64,000 nt of DNA, taken from the human T2T-CHM13v2.0 reference genome, Homo sapiens. The stretch lies in NCBI RefSeq assembly GCF_009914755.1, contig NC_060930.1; one strand, 5' to 3'. Made by a program: the position numbers and the translations under genes. A model generated the notes under the pieces. The model had not been told where the DNA came from. It ran no database searches and worked only from the letters and a program-made list of their open reading frames with translations. Numbering within the stretch: the stretch's first letter is position 1; the number at the start of each line of letters is the position of its first letter. Shown one piece after another: positions 15,039-28,501 of this stretch.

Positions 15039-15428
15039 CTGTAAGAACAACAAAAAAAGAGGAAAGGTAATTGGGGGACAAATTTACATCAAATAGAAAG
15101 ACCTCAAAAACATTTACAAGGAAAGTAAAACAATTAAGTAAATTAGGGACTTTTTCTAAATATTCTCTTCTGAGCTAAAGCATGACTTTAAACCATTATT
15201 AACCTTATGTCATTTTTATACATTAGAGCTTTCACTCAAAGCACATGCCAAGTATGTGTGCTGACATGTATTAATTCAAATTTTAAGTAAGTTTGCTTAC
15301 ATTTACACAGGTGTCTATTTTTGGTCAAATGAAATTCAAAATTGAACTAGCAGGTTGCAAAATATATGTGTTTAGAGGTGAGGTCCTATATGAAGACAAC
15401 GGTTGCTTAAACTCATTTTCTCACTCAC

Positions 15429-15519
15429 TTGATTTTGATGATATCCATCCCAACCAAAGTAAGACTAACATGATCGCCTGCTGCCGCCCAGTCGACAGGT
15501 TCATCATGCAGAGTGATTC
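15429..15519 (-). CDS. HBS1L: HBS1L exon 14 (G)[29 protein letters not shown](N), 91 nt
   Basis: Acceptor TTTCCAG|GA, donor AA|GTGAGT. Confidence 0.97.
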
Positions 15520-15588
15520 CTGGAAATGAGTAAGAACCAAAGCATACAGTGAAACACCTCGATATCAAACCATAACAACCAACAGAGT

Positions 15589-15683
15589 TTGGCTGATTTG
15601 TGCTTCATCAGTCACTACTCATCATTTTCAATATGAATGGATTGAGAGTAAGAAGTGTAACTGTGAGCGTTGAGGAAAACACA
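15589..15683 (-). ncRNA. MIR3662: MIR3662 precursor in intron 13; mature GAAAAUGAUGAGUAGUGACUGAUG at 15629-15606
   Basis: Matches my recollection of the hsa-mir-3662 hairpin and mature sequence, which is annotated inside HBS1L. Imperfect stem (CAGUUAC/GUGACUG core). Confidence 0.85.
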
Positions 15684-16504
15684 CTTCCTCTAGAACTGAC
15701 TCTTCTAGAATACCACCCTAAACATAAAGTGACTTGTATTTGCCCATAAAAGGCTGACTTCTGCTTATTTAATCAAGATTTTTAAACTAATTGACACAAT
15801 TGGTATATTCATTAAACAGGCCCCATTCAAATATTTCTATCATATTAATGGATACAGACAAAATAAAACACAGTTCAAATTATTCATAATGACATAAAAG
15901 ATGGGCTGGAGAAGATGTCTAGCAGTATTTTCTTCTCGAGTTTTGCTTTTAATTAGACAACCACCTAAACAAATAATCCTTGTTTTCCAAGTAACCCATG
16001 GGACATGTACACTCAGTCAGAATTTCAAGCGGTCCTCTCAGCAGGCCCCTTAACTACTCCTGGCTCAAAAGAACTTCTTTCCAGAGAGAGATCTGCATAC
16101 TAATGACTAGTTATATGAAAAGAAAAATATTAAGGAAATAGTGATAAGAAAATTTAATTTTAAAATGATCCTAGGTGTTGCTATATATCTAGAGATATAC
16201 ATCTATTTACCTAGACATAGTCCTGAAGGTAGTCGGAGAGAGCAGTTCCCAAGGGCAATACTCAGCTACCTTACTCAAAGGCTTTTAAAATATATCCCAT
16301 ATTTTCTGATTTTATGGAATACATTTATGGATTAAGTTCCTTTCCATAGAAATGTAGGCCTTTTGACAAAGAGAATGTGTAGGCCAACCACTGTGGATAG
16401 TTCTTGATTGACACATTGACATGTTCTTAGTAAATTATAATCCACCCATATCTTTCTGAAAATACTCATTTTCTATGCAGCAGGGAGAGTTTCTGACTTT
16501 TAGG

Positions 16505-16660
16505 GAGCTCAAGGATTTAACTTTAAGAGCTCTGAGACAATCTAGAGTTTCATGCAAAATATCATGTATGTGCACATCTGCATTAATCTGAGAAAAGAAG
16601 GCATAACTTTCTTCAGGTATCAGAGATTCTTCCTCCCAAACATGTTAGCAATTATCGTAT
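16505..16660. mobile_element. hAT-Charlie MITE (Charlie4z-like)
   Basis: catgcaaaatatcatgtatgtgcaca...aaggcataactttc resembles Charlie4z. Related copy at 43552-43700. Confidence 0.45.
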
Positions 16661-18708
16661 TAAGGAATGTTTGTTAAATATCAACTTACTAGATTTAATT
16701 TTAAAATGTAAATTTAGAATGAACATATCTGAATTTTGCTATGAAATATGGGATTAAAAACAGAAGCTAGGTATTTACACACAATAGAGATTGACTTTGG
16801 CTTAAACATTTGTAGATGTTTTATACTACAAGTTCAATTAACAGTATAAAATTTTCCAAAGGTAATTATATTCTCTGGTTCTTCTTCCCCTCAATCATGT
16901 TACACTGTTCCACATATGACATTTATCAAAAAACTTTTCTCATTGGACAAACATTACAAAAAGAGGCTCTTTTTTAATACTCTATGAGCTTGATATGTTA
17001 ATAAAGTAAAAAAAAAAAAGTAATTTAGAATTTCTATTTGTTGGTAGTAGATTCAGTCAAGTCTTTCTTTTGGGACAGTACTGGTTAAAGAGCCACAGTA
17101 GTACCTAAAAATGTTTAGACAGAACAGTGCTTTCAAGAATCAAGTAAACCAAGCAAAAGCAGTAAGGTTAGAATGGAGGAAGGAGAACCTCTCTGTTGAG
17201 TTAAAAGACTGGCTCTCAAGAAGTAGGGTGGTTCTTCCCTGGGGCTTCTGATAAGACTTACACTGATAAAAGATAATACTTTAGAGTTTCTCTGTGTGGA
17301 AAGTACAGAGAAGAGGAGGGTAAAGAATGTGAGACTTTCAGAGATGACTAAGGATTTTAGAGGTTACAAGGGAGCCAACCTCAAGGTCTGTGATAACTTT
17401 AGGATCATGGTTTTAATTTATGGCTCTTAATCATAAAAAAATTCTTGTTCTCAAAAAAGATCATTAACATACCAAAAAAATCGTGTTTCAAAAGTATTAT
17501 AGCTCTTGTCACTTTAAAAAACAAAAGCAGAGACCTGTACTTGCACACAATGAACAGATCTATAGAAAATGACACTATTTTTAAAGTGCATATTACTTTT
17601 TATCAAAACTGAAATTTCATGATCTCTAGTGGGCACAAATAAAAAGGTCAAATGGAAATAACTGATTTTCATTCCCTTATTCATCTTTAAATATAGGTTA
17701 AACCATGTAACTTCAATAGATATTAATTTCTTAAACTTTTCAAGAAATCTTCTTTTAAAGAGAGCATATGAATTCAAGAAAAATATACATTCAAATTGAT
17801 AAACTAGTCAGGTACAACTCTAGATATAAACTATAAATTAAGAGTAACAGAGGGAAAAATACTAAAATCTAAAAAATTTTTGCATTTCCAATAGGTTATA
17901 CTTCAGCTTAAAATGGTTACAAATAATATTATTTTATAGTATAAAACAGATCTTCAGAAGTCAGAGGCTTAGTTGGAAGCCAGAATAAAAGAGGTATAGA
18001 ATTAGAAAGTTTTAGTCAAAATCTGGAAAATAATATACATGTACATGTAACATATAACATGTATACATATACATAAATATATATATGTGTGTATATATTA
18101 GAAGACAGAAACAATTATCAGTCATTATGAAAAAAATTAGATCTATATGCAGAAACAGTGACTGGCAATTTAAACTAGTTCAATTTCTCTTTTCAACATT
18201 GGGTTTTTCTCCATTTGAATGTTACTTATATCTTCCTATAAAATATACCTACATTTTTGGCATAAACATGATCAAAGCTGTTAATTTATAGTTATTCTGA
18301 AACATACATTTCAAAGTAACAGACTGTAGAAGGCTGCTTTGCCACTGACTAGTTAGGGTAAGGCTGGGACTAGATTTAATTTCTGCTACAGAATATTATT
18401 CCAAATACATCTGTGAGGTATCTATACATATCTGATTAAATCCTAACCAGGCTTCTCAGATCTGTGTCAAAAATAGAATGCTACTACAGTTAGAATGTTT
18501 ATGTACATATATATACAGACACAATCACAACAGAAAAAAATCGTTTAATGTTTTCACATTTTAATCTTCAACAGTCAGTATCATTTTGACAGTCAGTTAC
18601 AATTTCAGTAAGAGGTTACTTACTTTGGAGTTGTAACTAAACCACTTTTTAAAAATCTGCTGTCTCAACTTAAGGCTTGTTTAGCAAAAGCATCTTGCAG
18701 ATAAATAC

Positions 18709-18813
18709 CTTTCACGGTACAAGTTTCATTAGGAGGCATTGCCAGTAGTCGGTCACCAGTTTGGATATAACCAGCTTCTATTTTACCAGTTATGCAAAAT
18801 CCAGATCCTTGAT
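18709..18813 (-). CDS. HBS1L: HBS1L exon 13 (D)[14 protein letters not shown]...ETCTVK(G), 105 nt
   Basis: Acceptor TTTGCAG|AT, donor G|GTATTT. In frame. Confidence 0.97.
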
Positions 18814-19029
18814 CTGCAAAACATACCAAAATCTTATGGTTCATACAGCAATGTTATCTGATGATTAATACCGTTAACTATACTTAGTTCTCAAGTAGTC
18901 ATATAAAACTAGTAGTTCAATGGACATTAAATAATAATCATTTCAGAATTAACATCTCTACTAAATATGGCATACCACACTTTACTTTTTTTTTTTGCAA
19001 ATAAAAATACTCATATTACCAAAGAAAGG

Positions 19030-20390
19030 TTCATTCCTTTCTCAAATATTTATTGAGAAATAATAAATACGTAGTACCAGATATTATACTAAACTCTGGG
19101 GATAAAAAAAAATAAAAATGTAAGTCCCTGCCCATAAAGATATTATACTAGTGAAGAGAAAGATGGAAACAATTACATTGTCCTGAGACAAATAATATGT
19201 AAAATATACAATAGAAACACAAAGGTGCACCAAAGAATCCATGATGGTGAGAATAGACATCTGGCACTCTGAAGAAGGAATAAGTGTTTATTAGGTAGCT
19301 TGTATGCATGAGTAGGGAGAAAAAGGAAGACACTGCTGCCCCAGGAAACTGTGTGGGCAAAGGCATAACCAAATGTGGGATGGGCTAAGAGTCATGTGTC
19401 ACTTGTGGGGGCCATGGGGAGGGGACCATATAGAATAATGAAGAAAAGGTAAGACAGGAGGCAACAGAGATAGGCAAGGGAGAAATAATAAAGGGGTCTC
19501 ATAAATCACGCTTAGGGTTTAAATTTCATCCTGCAGTTAAGTAATAGGAAGCCAGTAAATATTGTGACCGGAGAAGTAAGGTGATGGTATTTCTGTCTTA
19601 GAGTAGAGGCTGATACAAATGCACAAACTTACTACAGAAAGGGAATAAACTCAAGAATTCGGGAATAAGGAATAACAAGTTTGGAGTGGTAAGGAAAGTG
19701 AAGACTAATGACAGAAAGGGGAAAATGTGAGATGATGATGCATTAACTGTGAGATATGAAACTAAGGACAAGATCCATTTTAGGCTTGGTAAATCTGAAG
19801 TGTCTATGAGACACACACATGCAGAAGTTGCATTCCGGGGGGACCAATCACACCACATTCCATGAGAATGGTACCCCTAAAAGAACACTCTCCCAGGAGA
19901 GATGTCCAGTAGTGCTTAGACAAGTGTGTGGAGAATGAGTGAAAAGGTTTGGGTTGGAGATACAGATTTGGGAAGCATCAAGATGCAGAAGGTAGAGACA
20001 CTCATGGATGTCAGTTCAAAAGGAACTTGAAGACTAAGAAGAGGACTGAGGCAGCAGAACACTGTTTAAAAGACAGAGAATGAGGAGCCCATAGAGAAGA
20101 TATAGAGAGGTCAGAGATAGAGAGGTCAGAGAAATAGACAGGTTAACAGGAGAAAGCAGGTCACAGAAACCAAGGGAGGAGTTTCAAGGTGGATGTGGCT
20201 ACCAGCATCAGAACCAATGCCAAATTCAAGTAAGATAGAATTGAAAGTGTATATTGACTTTGGCAACCAAGAGGTCATTTCATGACCTCAGGAGGAACAC
20301 ACTCAGGAGAGCAGCGTAGGCGGAAGCCAGGAAGCAGCCTGAAGGGGGAACAGAAGGTGAGAAAGTACAGTCAGCAAACACTGTTAATCA
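19030..20390 (-). mobile_element. L2 LINE fragment(s)
   Basis: L2 3' end ttcattc...aaatatttattgag followed by a purine-rich L2 body (ggagatacagatttggga). Confidence 0.7.
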
Positions 20391-20761
20391 AAGAAAAGTA
20401 ACCACCTCTTGTATTCTTGATAAACAATGGGCATCTTGGAAACTATTAGCATATTTCCTCTATTACTAGAACACTGGAAGCTAATAATGATAATGATAAA
20501 TTTTGATTTCATTGCATGATTTTTTCAAAGCACCTTCATTCATTCATTTTTTTATTCATGTGTTAAATGTATTATGTGCCAGGCACTGGGCTAGGGCCGC
20601 AGATATAGATAAAGAAGAGATAGTACTTGCCTTCAAGGAGTTCATAATCTAAGTGGGATAAACAGACAGCATAGAAAAAATTATAATGCTGCATGAAAGC
20701 ACAATGACAGAGGATACAGAGAATACAGAGGGACGCGTCAGGGCATGTGCGCAGGTAAGCA

Positions 20762-21165
20762 CGCCAGTTACCAATTTACTGCTGCTCAGTTCCACATTCA
20801 CTCTGCATTGCTGGCTCTGTGACAATGGAGATTTAGAGGACAAATGACATCCTTACAGTTTTTATTATTGTAATAATAAATCTTATATCCTTTTATTTAT
20901 TGAGTTTTTAAATTGTATTTCCACTTTATAGTCTTCTATATAGGATCTTGCCCTTATTAAGTTAGATATATTCTTAGGTATTTAATATATCATCTCTTCC
21001 AGCAAGCTCTGAACCTCTTCTACGTTGGTCCTTCCTCAGCCCTATCTATAAAGTTTCTGTATATCTTTTAGTTGCATTTTTATCATAGTTAATAATTCTT
21101 TATATTACATTTCCCATTTCACCTATGTATGGTATCTAACTCCTAACTGGACCCAGACTGTTACA
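20762..21165. mobile_element. Old solo-LTR relic (LTR78/79-like) splitting an L2
   Basis: Ends ...ttaataattctttatattac...ctggacccagactgttaca, a TG..CA LTR-type terminus. L2 sequence on both sides. Confidence 0.4.
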
Positions 21166-21591
21166 GATGGGGAGGAAATGGACAAGTAAAGAGAAAGAAC
21201 AATACAACAGGGAAGCACGGGTAGACATGTGGCAATAAACACATCCTGTGTGGTTAAGAAACAATAAACAATCCAGTTTGGTTGAAGGATTTGAAAACTA
21301 AAGGAATCTAATGGGAGAAAAAAAAACTATAAAGTTAGAAAGACAAAAGGCAAGGTTTTCTTATGCTTGAAAGATGAGAAATGGTGAGTAAACTGAAGGT
21401 TTTCCTGGACAGGGAAGCTAAGTGACTAAATCTGTGCATTTTAAGATTAATCTGACAGTGATCCTTACTTGGGCATGGAGAGGAGAGACTCTGAAGGCAA
21501 TATACTGTCATAACTTAGTCCAGGAAAGGAGGTTAGGAGGGAATGGGGAAAAGGGGCTATACTGAAGAAGCACTACAAAGGTAGCACTTAC

Positions 21592-21660
21592 CTTTGAAAA
21601 CATCGGACACACATAATCTAAAAGGTTTGTCAATAGATCGCTGGGGAGGCTTAAAGGAAT
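21592..21660 (-). CDS. HBS1L: HBS1L exon 12 (D)[22 protein letters not shown](D), 69 nt
   Basis: Acceptor TTTTCCAG|AT, donor G|GTAAGT. Start of domain II. Confidence 0.97.
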
Positions 21661-21803
21661 CTGGAAAAAAGAAATTGCAAAAGGCAAGGTTTAATTTAAA
21701 ATTAAATTTTTGACTCACTTCAATAAACTCATTATAATCCCACTTCTCCTAGAAAATAACTACTTTTTATAATTACTAATAGCAACTTAACTGTCACTAA
21801 TAT

Positions 21804-22046
21804 ACACATTGAGCATCCCAAATCCAAAATTCTGAAATCTGAAATGCTCCAAAATCTGAAACTTTTTGAGCACTGATATAATGCTCAAAGGAAATGCTCA
21901 TTGGAGCATTTTGGATTTCAGATTTCTGAATTTGGGCTGTTCAACTAATAAGTATAATGTAAATATTCCAAAATCCAAAAAAAAAATTTCAGACCCCAAA
22001 CACTTTGGGTCCCAAGCATTTCGGATAAGGGACATTCAACCAAGTA
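21804..22046. mobile_element. Tigger4a/Zombi MITE
   Basis: gagcatccc..aaatccaaaattctgaaatctgaaatgctccaaaa, with an internal palindrome and TIR ggataagggacattcaacc. Confidence 0.8.
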
Positions 22047-22316
22047 ATAGTTGCAGCTTATAAAATGAATGTTAATCTCATTTAATTTTAACAACAGTCT
22101 ATAAGATATGTAAACCAGGCACTAGCCTCATAAACTGAGGAAAACTGAGCACTAGACAGGTTAAGTATTGCACATGATGACAAAACAGGTAACTTAGTTC
22201 CTCCGACTACAAATCCTATGCTTTTTCATACGTGTGACTCTCTCCCATAAAGAACTCTAAATAATAATTAATACCAAGTTTATAATGCATTAAAGCTAGA
22301 ATGGCAGTATACTTAC

Positions 22317-22434
22317 CAATTTGTTCTAATAAACATAGTCCTTTATACCATTTTGTGAGTTCACTTGACTGAGATCTTGTGATTAGATTTTCACCACTGA
22401 GACCACTTGTAGGAATAAAACCTACATCACTCTC
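22317..22434 (-). CDS. HBS1L: HBS1L exon 11 [17 protein letters not shown]...LLEQI(D), 118 nt
   Basis: G5-type PTSGL motif. Acceptor TAATAG|GAG, donor G|GTAAGT. Confidence 0.97.
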
Positions 22435-22986
22435 CTATTAAAAAGATTGACTTATGAAACTTAATACAACATTTTTTAAAACATTAAAAGATTCACCATT
22501 ACCATAACTGCACCAAGTTTGCAAAAGCAACAATGTACTTTTTAAAACATAATAGAAATCACAGAACTACAGCCCCAAAGTTATCTGATCCAATAATTTT
22601 CAACTTTTTTGATTGGGAAACTTGCAAATTTATTCCAAAACATTCAAGCATTTGGTAACAAAGGCATACTACAGATGCTTGCTGGACAAATTCTTCCCTA
22701 TCAGTTTCCACACTCCTCTATGACCTCCCTAAACCTATACCATCTAATTTAATAGGTAGGGTAAAAAAGTATTTTGCTTACATAAAAACCAACCCAAATA
22801 TTAAACATATGCAATTTTCTAAGTTGAAATAATCCAAAGAATATATTATATATATGATACTCAAGAGAAAATAAAGCAAAGAGAATTAAATAAATTTAAT
22901 AAGAATATCAAAGTATTAGTTTTTCCTCTCATACCAGTAAGATGACTTAAGGAAAGTAATAACAAATAAATCTAAAATGATCTTAC

Positions 22987-23061
22987 CTTAAAACCTGCTT
23001 GCTTAAGAAAGTGCCCAAGTTTTCCAGTAATCTCTTGAAACCTTTCTTGTTGCCAATTAAC
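22987..23061 (-). CDS. HBS1L: HBS1L exon 10 [25 protein letters not shown], 75 nt
   Basis: Within ORF 22972..23184. Acceptor TATCAG|GTT, donor AAG|GTAAGA. Confidence 0.97.
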
Positions 23062-23895
23062 CTGATAAAGATCCAATTTATTTTTAAAACTATCCTTCAG
23101 AACATGATACATAAAATTTAAATTTCTGCAATGAAATATAATCAAGACTATATAAAATATAAATATAAAATCTATTAAAATCAAAACATGGAATATCAGA
23201 CCTTGCTAATAATATGATCTAAAAGTAATTCTTCCTCAAAATGCTCAAAGGCATTTTAATCAGGTTCAGCAAGTCTTAAAACGTACATTCCCTTACGCCC
23301 AGAAATTTCCATGGAATGAACCATTTTCTAAATACATATGCAGGAAATGTTCAAAAGTAAATGTTTAATAAATTACATCTTTAAAATAGACTAGAATACA
23401 GCCATAAAAACAATACCCTCTTTATCTAAGGATTATCAATTACTTGGAAACATGCATAAGACAAGAAAATTATTTTTTAAAAAGCAGATGATAAAACAGA
23501 TAACCCAATTTTGTAAATAAAAAGATTCTTATCTATAAAAATAAATTGGATGAATATACAAAATGAAATGTTATAAGTTTCTGGGTGGGAAGGAGAATTG
23601 GTAATATAGGTTTATTTCTGATTTTTATGCTTTCATTCCACTATAATAAACATGTATTATTTTATAATTTAAAACAATTTTTAGGTTTTAAAAATTAATT
23701 TTGAAAATAAGAAGACATTTTCTTACTTAAAAATTACTAACACCTCATTTATTTAAGATGAGAACAGAGAATTTATTTTTAAAAACATGGCAACCGACTA
23801 ATAAAATGTACACTAGTCACATCTAAGTCATCTATACAAGCAGAATAACATCTTAATTAGCATCTTAAACAAATCTCCACAAAGCCCTTAAATAC

Positions 23896-24042
23896 CTGAT
23901 CCATTTTATTAACTGCAACTGCAAGCTGCGTCACTCCCAGAGAACGGACCAAGAGTCCATGCTCTCGTGTTTGTCCTCCAGTCTCAAATCCAGCTTCAAA
24001 CTCTCCCCTGCTGGCATCTACAACTAAAACAGCTACATCCGC
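23896..24042 (-). CDS. HBS1L: HBS1L exon 9 [18 protein letters not shown]...AVNKMDQ, 147 nt
   Basis: G4 NKMD. Acceptor TTCTTTAG|GCG, donor CAG|GTATTT. Confidence 0.97.
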
Positions 24043-24332
24043 CTAAAGAAGAAAAATAATCGAAGCCAGAAATAATGTTTCAGCATTTTAATTCAAAGGA
24101 CAGATTATTCAATTAATTATGTTAGTCACATTTTTAAAGGAAGACCCTAACTACCCCCACCAAAGCAAATCAAACAAAAGACTCCCAAAGATGGATTAAA
24201 ATTTTAAAATAAAAGTCACCAAAAATAATGACACAAAGAACAATAAAAAAGTCCACACTTGATTATATAAGAATTAAAATATATAAGCAAAGGAGGAAAA
24301 ATATAAACAAAATTAAAACATAAACAAACAGC

Positions 24333-24626
<294 letters not shown>

Positions 24627-25229
24627 AGTAGACAGGGAGGGACAAACATTTGTAACATATAAAGTAAAGGTTATAATCTCTATAGAATCTTTACCAAAAA
24701 AAAAAAACATAAAAAACCCCAAAACAAAGCAAGAAGACATAGCTTTAAAAGATACAAGCAAGCTATTTGCTAAAGAAATATAAATGGTCAACATGAAAAA
24801 AATTCAAATTCAGTAGAAACTAAAATTTTTTAAAAGTAAAATAAAAACACATTGACATATTCCCTCTCTCCCATTTTTACAAATCACATTGTTAAAGATT
24901 TGAAAGACAAAATTATTTGCTGTAGGCAAGGATACGGTGAGAAGCGCATCCTCAAATATTGCTCATGGGACTGTAGGTGCACCACCTTCCAGGGGGTATT
25001 TTCACAAAAAGTATCAAGAACTTAAAAATTACACATATTTTACTTCCCATCAATTCCACCTCTAGGGATTTATCCCAGAGAAATAAGTATAGATCTACAA
25101 AGATATTCATCAGAGTACTGTTTATAATGAAGAAAAACAGCAAATATATGAATTATCAAAAAGCAGCATATTCATCCTCTACAGCTATTGAAAAAAAAGC
25201 CTTGTATAACAAAGTTTTCTAACCTGTGT

Positions 25230-25790
25230 GGACCATCTTGTGAATCAGATAGAAAGACATTCCTTTCAGACTCAAATTACACACCCCACAAAAGAAGAAA
25301 GCTAACCTCAGCTTAGCTCAGTTTTTGTTAGCCTTATTGAAACTAACTTTACAGGTTCCCACTATTCTTTTGTGTTGATGCCACTTGCGTCATGTGGATG
25401 CAGCCTTTTAAAATGTGCAATAGACAGTTTGTGCAACCATAGAAGTTCTTCCTTTTCATTCTTATCAATTATTTCTGTCAATGCACTGTAGGGGCATTTT
25501 TTAAAGAACACTTTTATTTTCTCTTTTACAGCTTTTGCTTTGTATGCATACCTGTTTGTCATAGAAATCCACTTTTCTGAAATCCAGGAAACAAAGACTA
25601 CACCTGGCATTCCCCTTTTTAGCTATCTCGGGCTGTTACATGATAATCACTATCTCTCCAGGGTCCTCTTATATTCCATCCACATCATTAAGTTCTCCTG
25701 CTTTCTGGTCAGAACAGAGTCCACAACAGCTTGTTTCTTTGTTGCTTCCCCAATGACCCTTTACTTCTGTGCTCTCCAGTTTTTAAAGAA
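25230..25790 (-). mobile_element. CR1/L3 LINE relic (ORF2 endonuclease-to-RT linker)
   Basis: Minus-strand frames give EATKKQAVVDSVLT.., a degenerate G..SDH, and FLDFRKVDF, matching CR1 ORF2 motifs E.TR..A.LDL.LTN / GxSDH / LDFRKADF. Confidence 0.65.
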
Positions 25791-26830
25791 TTTCAGATAT
25801 AATATATAATCCTCACCATAATGGAAAATAAATGGTCATAAAATATGTCAAGAATGTCTCAGATACTTTCTTACAACAGAACATTACGATTTAAATTGAA
25901 GTACTAACCATACACTTTGGTGGGATAATTTACACTATTCCTGTTTCCTTTTACTCGTACCTAAATACTCCTGCTTTGTCTCTACTCTTAAGTGCCATCT
26001 TCACTTCCAATCCCTCATATTTTATAAAACTGAACATTAATTTCCTCAATGAGATCCAGCTCTTTTGATCAAGGATTCTTAGATTAGAATAAGCATACAA
26101 ACTGAAGCAATCAATTTGAATATTGGCTCTTTCATGCATACCTGTAGTCAATAACTGTTCTCCACACCTCAGGCAAGTTGTCTAACCTCTCTGTGTTACC
26201 AACTTACTTACTTCACAGAAACCCTAGGGAGTAAATATAGTTTATATAAAACATCCAGACCAGAACTTCCAAGTCCTAGGCTCAGTAATTGAAAATCTTT
26301 TTCTCATTAGGTTTTCATAATAACTGTAAAATTATATTTACCTTCTTAGGTTAAAATGTGAAATTCATTGAATTGGTATTAAGATACCTAAGGCCACAAA
26401 TGTTCTACCTAATCTTCCTATTACTATCTCCAAAAAATTACTGGGAAATTTCTCTATTAATATTATTTCTAGGCAATAGCTCTTGTCTTTGGGAGTCCAA
26501 ATGCCTACTACGCATTCTCAAGGAAGCCTCTGATGATCAAGCAGAATAAAGTGATCTCTCTCCACAATGTATATCTTCTCTGTTCTTGCAGCGCAACTGT
26601 TAGTCTTTCCACTTCACATCTTGTCTTCTATACTGTGATTTCCCTGAGGTGAGGCAGCATGCCTTGTATGCTTCCTTGTGTCCCCAAAGCCCACTGCAAT
26701 ATTTTGCACACTCGGCAAGTTACTTAACATCTTTGAGTCTCTTTATCTCTTTGTTACATAATGGAATTCAATTAGATGATCTCTAAAATCCTTTCCCACC
26801 ATAATTCCATAAAGAGTTTGAAATAAATGA

Positions 26831-27102
26831 TTTTTGTTTTTTGAGGCAGGGTCTCACTCCCTTCCCTCACGGCTCACTGCAGCCTCAACTTCCTGAGCTC
26901 AGGTGATTCTCCCACTTCAGTTTCCTGAGTAAGTGAGGCTACAGGCACCTGCCACCACACTCAGCTAATTTTTTGTATTGTTAGTAGAGACAGGGTTTTG
27001 CCATGTTGCCCAGGCTGGTCTTGAACTCCTGGGTTGAAGCAATCTGCCCACCTCAGCCTCCCAAAGTGCTGGGATTACAGGCGTGAGCCTCCACACCTGG
27101 CC
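26831..27102 (-). mobile_element. AluJ with an internal deletion
   Basis: Alu consensus with imperfect TSD g(a/g)aataaa(t/c)ga. Confidence 0.93.
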
Positions 27103-27396
27103 TGGAATAAACGATCTTTATAATAACTGTGGACTCTAAGGTCCTAGAATTCAGAAGTATTTTTTACTACAACTGCTTCTGGTGTTTGTCTCGCCCATTA
27201 AACTATCAGTGCTTTGTAGGCATTGCATTCCCACACTGCTACCCCAGTGCTTGCTACACAGCCAGTATTCAATAAGTAATCAATGAAAAAAAAAAAGAAA
27301 AAGACTCACAGACATACACACACACACACACACATATACACATATAAGGAGAAATCAAAACTATATTGTATTCTTTGGTAAATGCAATGAGAAGTA

Positions 27397-27739
27397 CAGT
27401 TTCCCTAAGTATCAGTGAGGGATTGGTTCCAGACCTCCCAACACCCATGGATACCAAAATCTATGAATGCTTAAGTCCCTTATACAAAACAGGGTAGCCT
27501 TTGCATATAGCCTACACACTTCCTCTTACACACTTTAAATTATCTCTAGATTATGTGTAATACCTAATACAATGCCTACACATCACTTCCTTTGCATGGA
27601 TTCAACACAGTACTCAGTGTGTGGCAAATTCAAATTTTGCTTTTTGGAACTTTGTGGAATTTGTCCCCCCCAAATATTCCAATCCACAGTTGACTGAATC
27701 CGTAAATGCAAAATCCATGCACATGGAGGAATGACTGTA
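27397..27739. mobile_element. MER2-type Tigger MITE
   Basis: TA|CAGT...gattggttccag...ggatacc...gactg|TA. Confidence 0.8.
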
Positions 27740-28038
27740 TACTAATTTAAAATGGTGATAATATACACTTCCTAGAGTTGTTATAAAGATTATATTAAAC
27801 TGAATGCATGTAATACCTAATACAGTATCTGGTCCATATTAGGTACTCAATTAATAGGGATAATTACTTTATTTCAATCTTTTATCACATTCAGTCCATG
27901 AATCTTGAATTAATATTCTAAAATTACATGTCAACTTTCTAAAATAGTATCAAAAAATTCTTATCTTCAAATATATTATAATGTATTCATACAATATCCT
28001 TTTTGGTTAACAAATGTTCATGTTAAAATTCTCTTTTT

Positions 28039-28324
<286 letters not shown>

Positions 28325-28501
28325 TTAATATTTTAATGAGTAGATCCCAGAAAACGGGTAATTGCTTGAAGTCATGTTTTTGCCATGTAACAGAGTCAAG
28401 TTATTTTAACTCTTCATGTTTTCCAGTAATCATCCATTATGAAAGAAATCAATGTCCTATATATGCAGTGCTATTTTCATTGCTTTAATAATTTAAAGTT
28501 A

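Noticed and set aside
15560-15630. C/D-box snoRNA call at MIR3662
   Set aside because: No terminal box D at a suitable distance and no terminal stem, so it is not called as a feature.
20733-20765. Small CpG-dense patch with a GCGCA (NRF1-like) half site and a plus-strand CAG|GTAAGC
   Set aside because: Too short for a CpG island, a poor NRF1 match, and located at an L2/LTR junction with no matching acceptor evidence.
25362-25610. ORF end (EELLWLHKL...P...GIN) superficially resembles the GIY-YIG C-terminus of Penelope-like elements
   Set aside because: There is no GIY/YIG motif upstream, and neighbouring frames carry CR1 ORF2 motifs, so a decayed L3/CR1 explains it better.
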